Of a stretch of 64,000 nt of DNA, positions 63,100-64,000 are shown in pieces. Numbering within the stretch: position 1 is the stretch's first letter; the number at the start of each line of letters is the position of its first letter. The notes under the pieces are model-generated. The model made no database searches. It had not been told where the DNA came from and was given only the letters and a program-made list of their open reading frames with translations. The position numbers were made by a program, and so were the translations under genes. This DNA is from a virus (lineage: Duplodnaviria > Caudoviricetes): IMG/VR virus record IMGVR_UViG_3300028186_000155; one strand, given 5' to 3'.

Positions 63100-63690
63100 T
63101 TTTCTCTCTATTCAGTTTCTAATAATCGTGGTTCCAGCCCGGCGCTCGGTCGGCGCGGGGGAGGGGGCTGGCGGAACTGGGGGTGGGGGCGCTCTTCGAG
63201 CGCAGTTACCGTTAGGTAACGAGCATTAGTCCGATGGTCCATTGTTTTTGCGCAGCACAAACAACGCGGACAGACCTCTGCTTAATTGTTCTAAAGAAAC
63301 GAATGGGCTTCTAGTTTCTTTCTCTGTCTGCTCTCCACTCCGCTGGGGGAATGGGGGCGGCTGATCAGCTTTCCTAATACGGGTGGCTACGCCACCGCTC
63401 CTAACGCTACGCGTTAGTCGCTATCGTTTCGCTTACGCTCCACTGTGTGGGTTTGTCTGTGCGTTCCTGCACGATCTAAACGTTCTGTGCACTATGCAAT
63501 ACATAACAGGTTCCGCTAGGCCGCTTCACGCGTTCCAAACGATGAATCGTTCTGTCACTCACTATACAAAAGACCCGACCATACCTAAGATTTACAGTTA
63601 TTTTTCGATAGGGATTACCGCTCGTCGGACAGCATTTTGGGATCTTTCATTGGCCCTATTGGCCTATTGATTGGGTTGGTTTGAATGGAT
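63100..63690. other. non-coding hairpin-rich region, candidate replication origin or ncRNA
   Basis: GNA-triloop hairpins at 63189-63203, 63382-63396 and 63401-63417; hairpin at 63205-63220; G-runs; AACTGTAAA at 63591-63599. Confidence 0.45.
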
Positions 63691-63698
63691 TGGGCAAT

Positions 63699-63724
63699 AA
63701 AAAAGGGGACCGAATGGCCCCCTT
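63699..63724 (-). terminator. intrinsic terminator
   Basis: AAGGGGGCC-loop-GGTCCCCTT followed by a T run. Confidence 0.8.
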
Positions 63725-63732
63725 CAAATGAA

Positions 63733-63930
63733 TCAAATGGTAGATGCTAACAGCTTGTCATGCAGTTCAATCAGATTCGAATCGCATTGCGCACCGTTAG
63801 GCCCCAATGGGCACGGATCAGCTTTCATCAGCAAACGTTCGCAAACCAGTTTAACCAGCTGGCAAACCTGATTGACGTTGATTCCGCTACCGGCAATCGG
63901 CACACCACCGCAATTGTTATTGTGGGGCAA
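63733..63930 (-). CDS. small Cys-rich hypothetical protein
   Basis: GGAAGG RBS before TTG; ends just before a terminator. Confidence 0.45.
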   Translation of the reverse strand: MPHNNNCGGVPIAGSGINVNQVCQLVKLVCERLLMKADPCPLGPNGAQCDSNLIELHDKLLASTI

Positions 63931-64000
63931 TACACGACCTTCCGCATTGGGTTGTGCTTCCAGAACGGTGGTTCCGTTTAATGCAATACGGATTTTTCTT

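Noticed and set aside
63108-63242. 44-aa Pro-rich minus-strand ORF MDHRTNAR...
   Set aside because: No clear RBS, atypical codons, overlaps the hairpins and G-runs; cannot be excluded but unsupported.
1-64000. tRNA or rRNA genes, integrase, transposase, reverse transcriptase, alternative genetic code
   Set aside because: None recognised by eye; intergenic gaps are short, and TAA, TGA and TAG all terminate full-length genes.

Overview
This is 64 kb of a jumbo myophage genome, with essentially all real genes on the minus strand and the standard genetic code. Gene content and order resemble the enterobacterial/pseudomonad 'hairy' jumbo phages such as Erwinia Y3/Alexandra and Dickeya JA-type phages (an inference, no search run). 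Left to right it holds: (1) a head module (5' end of the probable major capsid gene, a decoration-like protein, an acidic scaffold, a prohead protease), a GT2-TPR glycosyltransferase, an NAD+ ligase, Ig-domain fibre proteins and the tail sheath; (2) a replication block (J-domain protein, degenerate DnaC-like protein, UvsW-like helicase, beta clamp, family A polymerase with an N-terminal UDG-like domain); (3) a 2035-aa SNF2 ATPase, an HNH nuclease, neck/virion proteins and an H1-like AT-hook protein; (4) SbcD and SbcC split by about 5 kb of small accessory genes, then DnaX, a Lys-rich zincin, more accessory ORFs and a hairpin-rich non-coding region that may be an origin. The most notable observations are: (a) two tandem micro-ORFs that both end in DxRPDI-stop, directly upstream of a hairpin sequestering the RBS of a small basic Cys4 protein (candidate ribosome-stalling/termination-sensing attenuator); (b) a cluster of small accessory genes between sbcC and sbcD encoding stand-alone fragments of tail-sheath (and perhaps tube/portal/LysM) proteins (candidate decoys or assembly poisons); (c) a herpes-assemblin-like Ala/Ser cleavage code plus shared N-terminal tags (MIIALA, VKVRTVRGG) across probable virion proteins; (d) two distinct promoter motifs. 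All protein-family calls come from motifs recognised by eye, not from database searches.
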